Assembly: GCA_927417275.1 (NCBI GenBank)
Contig: CAKMJV010000007.1
Span: 1-32,000, forward strand
From: an uncultured Clostridia bacterium
GTDB taxonomy: Bacteria > Bacillota > Clostridia > Peptostreptococcales > Acidaminobacteraceae
Reading direction: 5' to 3'
DNA: 32,000 nt
Part shown: positions 8,498-17,446 of the stretch, one piece after another
How positions within the stretch are numbered: the first letter of the stretch is position 1
How the letters are laid out: every line of letters starts with the position of its first letter
The notes under the pieces: generated by a model
What the model was told of the DNA's origin: nothing
Database searches by the model: none
The model's input: the letters and a program-made list of their open reading frames with translations, nothing else
Translations under genes and position numbers: made by a program

Positions 8498-8505
8498 GAG
8501 AAAAC

Positions 8506-9066
8506 ATGATGGAAACGATAAAAGAGACGATCGTAGTTGAGGGAAAAGATGATGAGTCCGCACTTAAGCGTGCGGTTAATTGTGAAATTATTATTACCAG
8601 AGGATTTGGCATCACAGAGGAGATTTTCAAGCGGATTGAACATGCAGCGATAACCACTGGGGTTATCATCTTTACAGATCCTGATTTTGCAGGAGAACGG
8701 ATAAGAGAGCGCATTTCAAAGCGGGTTAAGAACTGTAAACACGCATTTATTAGCAAAGAAGAGGCGATGCGAGAGGATAACATCGGCGTTGAAAATGCGT
8801 CGCCTGAATGTATCATCGAAGCGCTTAAAAAAGTGCGCACCTTAAAGGAAACAGGTGAGGATCTTTTTGATTTAATAACGCTTCATGCGTTTGATTTAGC
8901 GGGAATAGAAGGTTCGGCGCATCGTAGAAATGCCGTGGGTAGAATTTTAGGCATCGGCTACTGTAATGCAAAGCAATTTGTACGGCGTTTAAACCACTAC
9001 GGTGTAACGCGAGAAGAGTTTGCAGTGGCATTGGCACAAATCGAAAATAATGAAAGAGGTATGTAG
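8506..9066 (+). CDS. rnmV: Ribonuclease M5 (Toprim domain)
   Basis: It has IVVEGKDD and the Toprim motif TDPDFAGERIR. The ORF-track start at 8494 is a TTG with no RBS, so I prefer the ATG at 8506 (MMETIKE..., compare the B. subtilis N-terminus MKIKEIIVVEG). The start is uncertain by a few codons. Confidence 0.85.
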   Translation: MMETIKETIVVEGKDDESALKRAVNCEIIITRGFGITEEIFKRIEHAAITTGVIIFTDPDFAGERIRERISKRVKNCKHAFISKEEAMREDNIGVENASPECIIEALKKVRTLKETGEDLFDLITLHAFDLAGIEGSAHRRNAVGRILGIGYCNAKQFVRRLNHYGVTREEFAVALAQIENNERGM

Positions 9067-9939
9067 ATGGATCGGTTAACATCGCCTAGAACCATAAAGT
9101 ATATAATGGAGAAGTACGGATTTAAGTTTAGTAAGGGGCTTGGGCAAAATTTTATCATCGATGACAATGTCCTTGAGCGCATTATAGAGGGGGCTGAAAT
9201 CACGGAGGATGATGTGATTTTGGAAATTGGCCCAGGTATAGGGGTTATGACGCATGCACTTTGTGAAGAGGCTAAAAAAGTCGTTGCCATAGAGATCGAT
9301 CGCTCGCTAATCCCCGTGCTCAGTGAAACGGTGGGACATCATGAGAATTTAAAAGTGATTCATGCAGATGTGCTTAAACTGGATTTGATGGAGACGCTGG
9401 CCACGGAGTTTGGTGCGGTTAAGCCAAAACTCATCGCAAATTTACCGTATTATGTGACCACGCCGATTATTATGAAATTTTTAGAGGAGCGTATTCCCGT
9501 TACGGATTTAATCGTTATGATTCAAAAGGAAGTGGCTGACCGCATCATCGCAAAGCCATCTACCAAAGCATATGGTGCACTTTCTGTGGTGGTACAGTAT
9601 TTTACAGAGCCGAGCATCGTCACAAAGGTATCGCGGGGTTCATTTATGCCGATGCCCAATGTGGATTCGACGGTTATTCGTTTAAAAGTACGAGAGATGC
9701 CACCTGTTACGCTTACGGATGAGCGGACTTTTTTTCTAACGATTAGAGACGGTTTTGGCAAGCGTAGAAAGACGCTGCTCAATGCATTATCAAGTGGTGA
9801 CTTAGGATTGAGTAAGGATCAGGCAAGAATCGCTTTAGATGCTGCAGGGATACCTGAGCAGACACGTGGTGAGGCGTTATCCATAGATCAGTTTGCAACG
9901 CTGGCAAATGCTATTTATCAGGTTAAAATAGGCGGTTAA
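9067..9939 (+). CDS. rsmA: 16S rRNA (adenine1518/1519-N6)-dimethyltransferase
   Basis: Motifs seen are KGLGQNFIID, EIGPGIGVMT and ANLPYYVTTPI. It starts 1 nt after the rnmV stop. Confidence 0.95.
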   Translation: MDRLTSPRTIKYIMEKYGFKFSKGLGQNFIIDDNVLERIIEGAEITEDDVILEIGPGIGVMTHALCEEAKKVVAIEIDRSLIPVLSETVGHHENLKVIHADVLKLDLMETLATEFGAVKPKLIANLPYYVTTPIIMKFLEERIPVTDLIVMIQKEVADRIIAKPSTKAYGALSVVVQYFTEPSIVTKVSRGSFMPMPNVDSTVIRLKVREMPPVTLTDERTFFLTIRDGFGKRRKTLLNALSSGDLGLSKDQARIALDAAGIPEQTRGEALSIDQFATLANAIYQVKIGG

Positions 9940-9940
9940 G

Positions 9941-10504
9941 ATGATTTGCAAAGTGATTGAAACGGATCGGTTAATTTTAAAAGTGCTTGATGAAAGCCAT
10001 GCAGCCGAAGTGCTCGCGTTTTATGAAAAGAACAAATGCTTTCTTAAGCCGTGGGAAGCGTATCGACACGAAAAATTCTTTACGCTGGAAACGCAGAAGG
10101 TCCATTTGAGGTTGGATGGAATCGGCATGCAAAAGGGCGATATGGTCAGGTACTGGATTTATGAAAAAGGATCCAAAAATACAGACGTTATGGGTACCGT
10201 TTCAATAACAAATATCATAAGAGGTGTTTTTAAATCCTGTTATCTGGGGTATAAAATTTCTGAGGATAAAGCGGGACAAGGATTGATGTATGAAGCGGTA
10301 ACGGCCGTGGTTGATCTTGCATTTAACCAACTCAAGTTGCATCGCATCGAGGCAAATATAATGCCTCACAACATCGCCTCTATACGGATGATTTCTAAAT
10401 GTGGTTTTGTCAATGAAGGCTTAGCACGTAAATACTTGATGATCAATGGCAAATGGGAAGATCATATTCATTTTGTAAAGATCAATGACGATTTAGAAGG
10501 ATAA
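9941..10504 (+). CDS. GNAT N-acetyltransferase, RimJ/RimL-like
   Basis: The GNAT core reads GYKISEDKAGQGLMYEAV...LHRIEANIMPHNIASIRMISKCGF. It starts 1 nt after the rsmA stop, so it belongs to the same operon. Confidence 0.75.
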   Translation: MICKVIETDRLILKVLDESHAAEVLAFYEKNKCFLKPWEAYRHEKFFTLETQKVHLRLDGIGMQKGDMVRYWIYEKGSKNTDVMGTVSITNIIRGVFKSCYLGYKISEDKAGQGLMYEAVTAVVDLAFNQLKLHRIEANIMPHNIASIRMISKCGFVNEGLARKYLMINGKWEDHIHFVKINDDLEG

Positions 10505-10578
10505 TTATTTCCAAATGTTTATGGTTTTATGTATAATATAGATAACAGGACTATTATGAAAGTTGATGGTGAGCGATT

Positions 10579-11769
10579 GTGAGAAAAGTTGAATTTAATC
10601 AATTGGTTGAAGGCATGATTTTAGGCGCACCTATAGTTGATGCAGAGGGTATCGTGGAATTATTAAGTGCAGGTACTCGATTGACACATCGACATATAGC
10701 TTTAATTAACAGAATTGGTATTTTGGATATTTTTGTACTTGATGATGAAAATGAAATCATCAAAGCAAATGCTTTAAATCTTCAGAAGATTATTCATAAT
10801 GCAGATGATGGGTTTGATATGGATAAACTTCTAAAGGACCTTGAAGAAATAGAAAACCAAATTTATGAACCTGCACAGAGAAGTATCGTTAATCGCAACA
10901 TGGAGATTAATGTACTTACGGGTGAAGGAAATATCCCCATAGACATAAAACACGAAAAAGCGATTGAGGATACAAAAGCAATTTTTGAAGAGATTCGATC
11001 GGCTGGTGAGCTCGATTTAAATCGAATAAGAAGAAATGTTGAAGAGACACTACCCGATATGGTGAGAAATAACGACGTTTTGATGCGTTTAAATCAACTG
11101 AAAGAATCTGACGATTATACCTTCCAACACTCGATGCGCGTTTCTATCCTTGCGACCATGATCGGTAAGTGGTTGGGTTATACGCAAGAGGAACTTTTGG
11201 AACTTGGCGAAGCGGGTCTTTTGTTTGATATCGGCAAACTTAATATTCCGGATTTCGTTTTGAAAAAACCAAGTAATGTTACCTTAGATGAGTATGAACT
11301 GATTAAGAAACATGCACAGTTTGGCTATAGCATCTTATTAAAAACCAAAGGTGTAACGACGAATATAAAATATGCGGCACTTCATCATCATGAGCGCATG
11401 GATGGTTCGGGATATCCCCTTCGGTTAAGAGACAGCCAAATACATGATTATGCGAAAATTATTATGGTTTGCGATGTTTTTGATGCTTTAATTACGGATC
11501 GTCCTTATAAAAAGGCCATTTCACCATTACTTGCTGCAGATTATATTTCATGGTCCAGTGGTAAGCTGTTTGACTCGGAAGTCTGCTATGTTTTAATAAA
11601 AAGATTGTCTGACTTTTTTGTAGGAAAATCGGTTATTTTAAGCAATGGACAAGAGGGAAAAATTATCTATGTAGATGCCAACTATCCAACCCGTCCCATC
11701 GTTCAAGTGGGAGAGAAGTTTATAGATTTAACCAAAGACCGTAGCATCAATGTAGAAGTACTTATGTAA
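10579..11769 (+). CDS. HD-GYP domain protein with a degenerate HD dyad (FD)
   Basis: It has HSMRV, then GLLFDIGK where the family normally has HD(I/V)GK, then HHHERMDGSGYP and CDVFDAL. The start is GTG with ggtgag 6 nt upstream. The ~170-aa N-terminal region is unassigned. Confidence 0.8.
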   Translation: MRKVEFNQLVEGMILGAPIVDAEGIVELLSAGTRLTHRHIALINRIGILDIFVLDDENEIIKANALNLQKIIHNADDGFDMDKLLKDLEEIENQIYEPAQRSIVNRNMEINVLTGEGNIPIDIKHEKAIEDTKAIFEEIRSAGELDLNRIRRNVEETLPDMVRNNDVLMRLNQLKESDDYTFQHSMRVSILATMIGKWLGYTQEELLELGEAGLLFDIGKLNIPDFVLKKPSNVTLDEYELIKKHAQFGYSILLKTKGVTTNIKYAALHHHERMDGSGYPLRLRDSQIHDYAKIIMVCDVFDALITDRPYKKAISPLLAADYISWSSGKLFDSEVCYVLIKRLSDFFVGKSVILSNGQEGKIIYVDANYPTRPIVQVGEKFIDLTKDRSINVEVLM

Positions 11770-11787
11770 ATAAATTAAGAGGTGTGT

Positions 11788-13017
11788 ATGAAAAGTGTTT
11801 ATGACGTGCTGCTAGAACGCGGCTATATCGAACAGTTAACGCATGAAGAAGAAGTAAAAGACTTACTAAAAAAAGAGCGCGTGACTTTTTATATTGGTTT
11901 TGACCCAACTGCAGACAGTCTGCATTTAGGTCACTTTATTCAAATTATGGTGATGATGCACCTTCAAAGGGCAGGCCATATACCAATAGCGCTTGTAGGT
12001 GGCGGCACGGCTAAAATAGGCGATCCATCAGGCAAAACGGATATGCGCAAGATGTTAACGCCGGAAGACATCATAGAAAATGGTAAGAAGTTAAAAGAGC
12101 AAATGGAAAAGTATCTTGTTTTAGATGGTGTAGAGGGTCACATCGCAAACAATGCAGATTGGCTTGATAAACTTGAGTACATCCCATTTATTAGGGAGAT
12201 TGGCAGTAAATTTTCTGTTAATAGGATGCTTACAGCAGAGTGTTTTAAGCAGCGCTTAGAAAAGGGTCTTAGTTTTTTAGAATTTAACTACATGATTATG
12301 CAGGCTTATGACTTCTTAGAACTCGAGCGTCGTTATGGCTGTCAAATGCAGTTTGGCGGGAATGACCAGTGGTCTAATATCATCGCAGGCGTAGACCTCG
12401 TTAGGCGTATGGACAGCAAATCGGTTTATGGTTTAACGTTTAAACTATTGCTTACAAGTGATGGAAAGAAAATGGGCAAAACGGAGAAGGGTGCCGTTTG
12501 GATTGATCCGAATAAAACTTCGCCGTATGAGTTGTTTCAATACCTTAGAAATATTGAAGATGCAGATGTTGCAAACTGCTTGCGCCTTTTAACTTTTTTA
12601 CCTATGGAAGAAGTAAATGCGCTTTCTGAACTGGAAGGTGCTGAGATTAACAAAGCAAAAGAAAAACTAGCCTATGAGTTCACAAAAATAGTTCATGGGG
12701 AAGCAGAAGCCGTTCATGCATTAGAAGCAGCTCGCGCTTTATTTGCAGGTGGTCAAGCAAGTGACAATGTACCATCGACAGCATTTTCCATGGAAAAATT
12801 TGAATCGGGAATGCCGTTACTTGATTTAATGATAGAACTCGGTTTAATTCCTTCAAAAGCGGAAGGTAAGCGATTGATTCAGCAAAATGGCGTTGCGTTA
12901 TCAGAGGTAACAGTAACGGATTTTGGAAGGGTAATTACTTTGGAAGATTTTAATGAAGATCTATTAATGATCCGAAAAGGCAAAAAAGTTTTCCATCGTG
13001 TACAGTTGGTTAAGTAA
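11788..13017 (+). CDS. tyrS: Tyrosine--tRNA ligase
   Basis: It has HIGH-type (ADSLHLGHF) and KMSKS-type (KKMGKT) motifs and a C-terminal S4 domain ([14 protein letters not shown]). I prefer the ATG at 11788, with aagagg 5 nt upstream, over the ORF-track GTG at 11782. Confidence 0.95.
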   Translation: MKSVYDVLLERGYIEQLTHEEEVKDLLKKERVTFYIGFDPTADSLHLGHFIQIMVMMHLQRAGHIPIALVGGGTAKIGDPSGKTDMRKMLTPEDIIENGKKLKEQMEKYLVLDGVEGHIANNADWLDKLEYIPFIREIGSKFSVNRMLTAECFKQRLEKGLSFLEFNYMIMQAYDFLELERRYGCQMQFGGNDQWSNIIAGVDLVRRMDSKSVYGLTFKLLLTSDGKKMGKTEKGAVWIDPNKTSPYELFQYLRNIEDADVANCLRLLTFLPMEEVNALSELEGAEINKAKEKLAYEFTKIVHGEAEAVHALEAARALFAGGQASDNVPSTAFSMEKFESGMPLLDLMIELGLIPSKAEGKRLIQQNGVALSEVTVTDFGRVITLEDFNEDLLMIRKGKKVFHRVQLVK

Positions 13018-13054
13018 AAAAAGGCATAGGTTCAAAAGTGAATCTATGCCTTTC
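13018..13054 (+). terminator. Probable intrinsic terminator of tyrS
   Basis: Stem aaggcatag (13021-13029) pairs with ctatgcctt (13044-13052) around a 14-nt loop. It is preceded by an A-tract and followed by only a short T run. Confidence 0.6.
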
Positions 13055-13079
13055 CGTTCATTAATATAAGGAGGCATCC

Positions 13080-13853
13080 ATGATTGAAGTAAAAAATCTC
13101 GTTAAGTCTTATAAGTTGTCAAAGAAGAAAATGCAAAAGGCAAAGACCAAAGAGAAAATCGTAGTGGCAGTAAATGGCGTATCTTTTGTGGCTAAACCAG
13201 GTGAAATATTTGGGTTGTTAGGACCTAATGGCGCTGGAAAAACCACGACGCTTAGATGCGTTTCTACACTTTTAAAGCCCACAGGGGGCGAGATATCGGT
13301 GATGGGTAAGGACGTAGAGAGCGATTCAGAAGGCGTCAGAAAGCACATCGCGTTTTTAACCAATGAACTCAAACTCGATAAACATTTTACACCAGATTAT
13401 ACCGTAGATTTCTTTGCGCGACTCTATAATATGGATCGAGAAAGCATTAATAAGAGAAAAGAAGAGTTGTTTGAGTATTTTGGGATTACGAACTATCGCC
13501 AAAAGAAAATTGGTGAACTTTCCACGGGGATGATGCAAAAACTGTCCATCGTGGTAAGTCTAATACACGATCCAGATGTGGTGATTTTTGATGAGCCCAC
13601 AAACGGTTTGGATATCGTAACTGCGAAAAAAGTAACTGAATATCTAAGAGAACTTCGTAATCAGGGAAAAGTAGTTGTGATTTCAACGCATATAATGGAT
13701 TTGGCGGAAAAACTTTGTGATCGAATAGCCATTATGTTAGATGGAGAAATAAAGATTCACGGCACATTACAACAAATACTCGAAGAAACAGGAGAAAAAG
13801 ATCTTGAAGAAGCATTTTTCAAAGTATATAAAGATCTTAATCCTGAGATGTAG
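13080..13853 (+). CDS. ABC transporter ATP-binding protein (NatA-like, ABC-2 exporter type)
   Basis: It has Walker A (GPNGAGKTT), the ABC signature (LSTGMMQKL) and Walker B (VVIFDEPTNGLD). The RBS is aaggagg. Confidence 0.85.
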   Translation: MIEVKNLVKSYKLSKKKMQKAKTKEKIVVAVNGVSFVAKPGEIFGLLGPNGAGKTTTLRCVSTLLKPTGGEISVMGKDVESDSEGVRKHIAFLTNELKLDKHFTPDYTVDFFARLYNMDRESINKRKEELFEYFGITNYRQKKIGELSTGMMQKLSIVVSLIHDPDVVIFDEPTNGLDIVTAKKVTEYLRELRNQGKVVVISTHIMDLAEKLCDRIAIMLDGEIKIHGTLQQILEETGEKDLEEAFFKVYKDLNPEM

Positions 13854-13862
13854 GAGGCTTAC

Positions 13863-15095
13863 ATGAATCAGTCATTAAAAGTTATTATTAATAAAGAACT
13901 AAAGCGTGTTTTCACAGACAAGCGCTTGATTCTTACGCTGTTTGTATTACCAGCGGTAAGTTTGGCTTTAATATATTCTATTATAGGGTATATCGCAGTA
14001 GAGTTTATGCAAGATGTAAAAACACATGAATCTACTTATGTTATTAGCAACGCACCGGCTGCCTTTGTAGAAATCGTGGATCAAATAGAGGATAAAGCCA
14101 TAAGAGTCGAGTTTATAGATAATGCGGCTATAGAAGATTATAAAACGGAAATCATAGAGGGAACGCTTGATATGTTTGTTGCGTTTGATCCTAGTTTCGT
14201 TGATAAAGTCACAGATTATGAATCTGGCGAGATGCCGACGATTATGACCTATTATAATTATGGAGAAGACTATTCGGAAGAGGCGTATCAGTATTTCGTA
14301 AACCGTTTACTTCCTGTTTTAGAGTATGATGTGTTAAGCAGTCGCTTCGGAAATATGGATTATTTGGAAGTCTACAACTTAATAGATGGGAGCGAAATCG
14401 AAGAAGTTGTTAACAAAGAAAAAGCAACGGGGAAAATGATCAGTTCTATTTTACCGATGATTATTTCGATCTTTTTATTCGCTGGTGCCATGAGTGTGGT
14501 TATGGAATCGGTAGCAGGGGAAAAAGAAAGAGGCACCATGGCTACTTTGCTGGTGACACCTGTTAAGCGAGAGTTTATTGCCATGGGGAAAATGATTAGT
14601 TTGTCGATCATTTCGACATTAACGGCATTATCATCTTTAGTGGGTATTGCTGGTACTTTGGGTTTGTTGATGTTAATTTTACCTAAGGACAGCGGTGCGG
14701 GTTTAGGCAGCCTATTAACCATTAAGTATACAGGAGCGCACGTTTTACAACTAATGATCTTTATGCTGTGTTTGGTTGGTATCTATGTGGGTGTGATTAT
14801 CCTTTTAAGCGCCATAGCAAAAACGGTAAAAGAAGCAGGCACTTATATCACACCGGTCTACATGGTCGTTATGGTCCTTTCGTTTATGAATATGTATTCA
14901 TTTAATGTAGAACCTTTATGGAAATATGCAATACCTGTTTATGGTCAAATCATAGGCATTAAAGAGATTTTTATGTATCAAATGGATTGGGCCAAAGTGG
15001 GGTTAAGCACGCTAAGTGGCGTCGTTTTAATCGCGATTCTCGTAGCCATTATCGCGAAGTTGTTTAACAGTGAGAAAATAATCTTTACAGAATAG
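13863..15095 (+). CDS. ABC-2 family permease (NatB-like)
   Basis: The 410-aa product has an N-terminal TM helix, a ~150-aa extracytoplasmic domain and a cluster of C-terminal TM helices. It starts 9 nt after the ATPase gene. The RBS is taggagg. Confidence 0.8.
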   Translation: MNQSLKVIINKELKRVFTDKRLILTLFVLPAVSLALIYSIIGYIAVEFMQDVKTHESTYVISNAPAAFVEIVDQIEDKAIRVEFIDNAAIEDYKTEIIEGTLDMFVAFDPSFVDKVTDYESGEMPTIMTYYNYGEDYSEEAYQYFVNRLLPVLEYDVLSSRFGNMDYLEVYNLIDGSEIEEVVNKEKATGKMISSILPMIISIFLFAGAMSVVMESVAGEKERGTMATLLVTPVKREFIAMGKMISLSIISTLTALSSLVGIAGTLGLLMLILPKDSGAGLGSLLTIKYTGAHVLQLMIFMLCLVGIYVGVIILLSAIAKTVKEAGTYITPVYMVVMVLSFMNMYSFNVEPLWKYAIPVYGQIIGIKEIFMYQMDWAKVGLSTLSGVVLIAILVAIIAKLFNSEKIIFTE

Positions 15096-15108
15096 TTAGG
15101 AGGCATAT

Positions 15109-15879
15109 ATGTCTTTTTGGACAGAAATAGAAACAGAAATTTTTAAAAATAGTCAATTAGACATATATGAGAAGATGTGTCTTTTGGTTTTGATGAGCCA
15201 AGGTGAAGAAGTTAGGTTGTCTTCTGATGAACTTGCGATGTACATGGGTTGCGGTGTAAATACAGCCAAGCGTGCATTTGAATCTTTGAGAATCAAAGGA
15301 TTTATTGAAAAGGATTATGCAGCTACTCCCCCTGTGCGTCGCGAAAGTAACGTTTTAAGGAATGAATCCGTGGGAGAAATATTAAAACCTATTGATGAAT
15401 TCTCAGGAGACTTTAAAGCGGGTTTTTACACAACGGTTGAATCAGAGGGGGGCGCTAATGAACAAGTGCATCTGCCTAGAGAGGATTCCCGAGAAGACGA
15501 TGCATTTGAAAGACGCAAGCAAATGGCTGCCTATTTATTAGGCGATGATTCTATGCTTCAAAAGCCGTTTGTCAGTAAAAAAGTAACGACTGAATCCCTT
15601 ACAGATCAAGTGATCGCTTTAATTGATGAAAAAATAAGTTCGAAAGAAGCGAACATTATATTAGCGTTTGCAAACAATGATGTAGATAAGATTAAGAAAA
15701 AATATCAAATTGCAAAACAATCACAAGTATCAGATACGATTGGCGTGCTTATAAATGAACTACAGAAAAAAGACTCAAATGTAATTAAGACAGATGATCC
15801 ACTACCTGAAAATACACAAGTTGACACCAATCGGTTGTTGAAAATGCAGGCCTATCAAAACAGTAGGTATAATAAATGA
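15109..15879 (+). CDS. Hypothetical protein with an N-terminal winged-helix-like domain
   Basis: The 256-aa product starts 13 nt after the permease gene, with RBS taggagg. The N-terminus LDIYEKMCLLVLMS...SSDELAMYMGCGVNTAKRAFESLRIKGFI looks like a wHTH. It has an acidic linker and a helical C-terminus. Confidence 0.6.
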   Translation: MSFWTEIETEIFKNSQLDIYEKMCLLVLMSQGEEVRLSSDELAMYMGCGVNTAKRAFESLRIKGFIEKDYAATPPVRRESNVLRNESVGEILKPIDEFSGDFKAGFYTTVESEGGANEQVHLPREDSREDDAFERRKQMAAYLLGDDSMLQKPFVSKKVTTESLTDQVIALIDEKISSKEANIILAFANNDVDKIKKKYQIAKQSQVSDTIGVLINELQKKDSNVIKTDDPLPENTQVDTNRLLKMQAYQNSRYNK

Positions 15880-16337
15880 GGCGCTTTTGGATGCATATCA
15901 TCGTTCTACTAAGTATGATTCTATTTATGGGGTGCCAATCAACGTCTGGATCTCAGACTCAAAAACTTGAGACAACTGAAGAGACGACAACGCGATATGA
16001 AGTGCCAACACCTGAGGATGAACTTGCTATAGTACTTGGACAAATTAAAGAAGAGATGCGTATTTTCGATGTGCAAGCGCATCACGATTCCCTTTATGAT
16101 TTGATTTTAACAGAACAGAAAACAAAGGGGACAGAGATTGAAAAGATGGATATTTATGCGATTGTAGAGACTTATATGGATGATTATTTTAGGCAACTAA
16201 CGCATGAAATATTAAGTTCGCATAATGAAAACTATTCGCTAGATGAAGTAGATCTTGTTTTTAATCAGACCTCTAGAAAGGGACTATACGATCTGATTAC
16301 GCTTTACGAATGGACATATTATAGTAAAAACAGATAA
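15876..16337 (+). CDS. Putative small lipoprotein (unknown function)
   Basis: Its start overlaps the upstream stop (ATGA). The signal peptide MRRFWMHIIVLLSMILFMGC has a lipobox-like FMGC followed by a Ser/Thr-rich linker. Confidence 0.55.
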   Translation: MRRFWMHIIVLLSMILFMGCQSTSGSQTQKLETTEETTTRYEVPTPEDELAIVLGQIKEEMRIFDVQAHHDSLYDLILTEQKTKGTEIEKMDIYAIVETYMDDYFRQLTHEILSSHNENYSLDEVDLVFNQTSRKGLYDLITLYEWTYYSKNR

Positions 16338-16343
16338 AATTTG

Positions 16344-16378
16344 CGAGGTTTCAAACTTAGTTTGAAGCCTCGTTTTTT
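16344..16378 (+). terminator. Intrinsic terminator of the ABC/wHTH/lipoprotein operon
   Basis: Stem cgaggtttcaaac (16344-16356), loop tta, stem gtttgaagcctcg (16360-16372) with one G-U pair, followed by T6. Confidence 0.85.
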
Positions 16379-16497
16379 CATAGGGTTGAAGGTGATTTGG
16401 GAGTTTGTGGGTTTTCGTTTGTAGTATAGTCACAATACAATCTAGTACATCAAATATTTGTTTCAGTGAAATCGTGTATATACAACGTTTTCAAAGG

Positions 16498-16517
16498 TGT
16501 AAAAATATGTAAAAACA
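16498..16517 (+). repeat. Tandem 10-mer direct repeat, tgtaaaaata then tgtaaaaaca
   Basis: There are two adjacent copies with one mismatch, roughly 45-60 nt upstream of the -35 of the lytic transglycosylase promoter. It resembles TGTWAH half-sites but has 10-bp rather than 11-bp periodicity. Confidence 0.5.
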
Positions 16518-16560
16518 AAAAGTTGTTTAGTAGTTTACAACATAAGCTACATTTTGTTAA

Positions 16561-16588
16561 TTGACACAAAAAAACCATGTGGTATAAT
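16561..16588 (+). promoter_or_regulatory. Sigma-A promoter of the lytic transglycosylase gene
   Basis: Consensus TTGACA (16561-16566), a 16-nt spacer, then an extended -10 TGGTATAAT (16580-16588). Confidence 0.65.
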
Positions 16589-16603
16589 TTGAAAGTCATG
16601 ATG

Positions 16604-16636
16604 GAACATAGCGCACAAGCTATGTTCATTATTTTT
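16604..16636 (+). promoter_or_regulatory. Terminator-like hairpin in the 5' leader of the lytic transglycosylase gene
   Basis: Stem gaacatagc (16604-16612), a 6-nt loop, stem gctatgttc (16619-16627); the 9-bp stem is perfect and is followed by attattttt. It lies between the predicted transcription start and the RBS. Confidence 0.5.
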
Positions 16637-16653
16637 AAAGGAAGGTTGAGATC

Positions 16654-17394
16654 ATGAAATCGATTCACAAGGTTTTTTTAGGCACATTGGTACTCGCTGT
16701 TATCTTACTTATTATAAATCAAGTTCAGGTGAATAAAAAAGTTAACATGTACATCGCGTTAAATGAAACGCTATCTGAAAAGGTAGAAACTCAAGCACTT
16801 ATTATAAACGATTTAACTCAAGCATTAGATGAGGCACAAAAAATTATCGAAGCCCAAGAGCCAATTGTAGAAAGTTATCAAGAACTTTCAAAGTTTATCG
16901 ACTTTGATGCTTTAGATACAACGCAATTGGAAAAGGCAAAAGAGATTTCAAGTGAAACACCACTGGATTACGAGAGTGCTTTGGTACTTGTTAAGTATGC
17001 AGATCAGTACGATGTTCCCTATTCTTTGGTACTGTCCATTATTGATATTGAAAGTGGCTTTAAAAGCAATTTGGTAGGACAAGATCAAGACCGTGGGTAT
17101 ATGCAAATTATTCCTGGTACTGAAAAATGGCTAGCGACTGCATTTGGAGATGAACTTGGTTTGGAGTATGATCCATCTCGTATTTTCGAAGCGGAATATA
17201 ATCTCGCATTAGGCATAAAGTATTTAGATGAACTTATCAGTGGTTATGGGACAAATTACGATCGTATTTTATCCGAATACAATCGAGGTCCAAGTAATCT
17301 CGCTAAGTATTATACTGCCAATCAGACGTATTCAACATCGTATTCTAGAAAAGTACTTTCAAAAGTACCCATATATGTCGCATTAAATGATTAA
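16654..17394 (+). CDS. Membrane-anchored lytic transglycosylase (SLT domain)
   Basis: It has an N-terminal signal-anchor (FLGTLVLAVILLII), a coiled linker, and an SLT catalytic region (IIDIESGFKSN ... RGYMQI ... EYNRGP). The RBS is aaggaagg. Confidence 0.8.
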   Translation: MKSIHKVFLGTLVLAVILLIINQVQVNKKVNMYIALNETLSEKVETQALIINDLTQALDEAQKIIEAQEPIVESYQELSKFIDFDALDTTQLEKAKEISSETPLDYESALVLVKYADQYDVPYSLVLSIIDIESGFKSNLVGQDQDRGYMQIIPGTEKWLATAFGDELGLEYDPSRIFEAEYNLALGIKYLDELISGYGTNYDRILSEYNRGPSNLAKYYTANQTYSTSYSRKVLSKVPIYVALND

Positions 17395-17396
17395 GT

Positions 17397-17430
17397 AAAA
17401 GAGCTTTCACTGGCTCTTTTTTCTTTTTTT
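17397..17430 (+). terminator. Probable intrinsic terminator of the lytic transglycosylase gene
   Basis: aaaagagc pairs with gctctttt in a short GC core, followed by a long T run (ttttttcttttttttt). Confidence 0.5.
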
Positions 17431-17446
17431 TGATAGAATGAGAGTA

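Noticed and set aside
10556-10582. An 8-codon upstream ORF (MKVDGERL) overlapping the GTG start of the HD-GYP gene.
   Set aside because: It has no RBS of its own, is very short and gives no evidence of a leader-peptide mechanism. It is probably a chance ORF.
16450-16668. A 72-aa minus-strand ORF in the spacer upstream of the lytic transglycosylase gene.
   Set aside because: It runs antisense through the consensus promoter, the leader hairpin and the start codon of the plus-strand gene. It is Cys/Leu-rich and low in complexity, and has no RBS.
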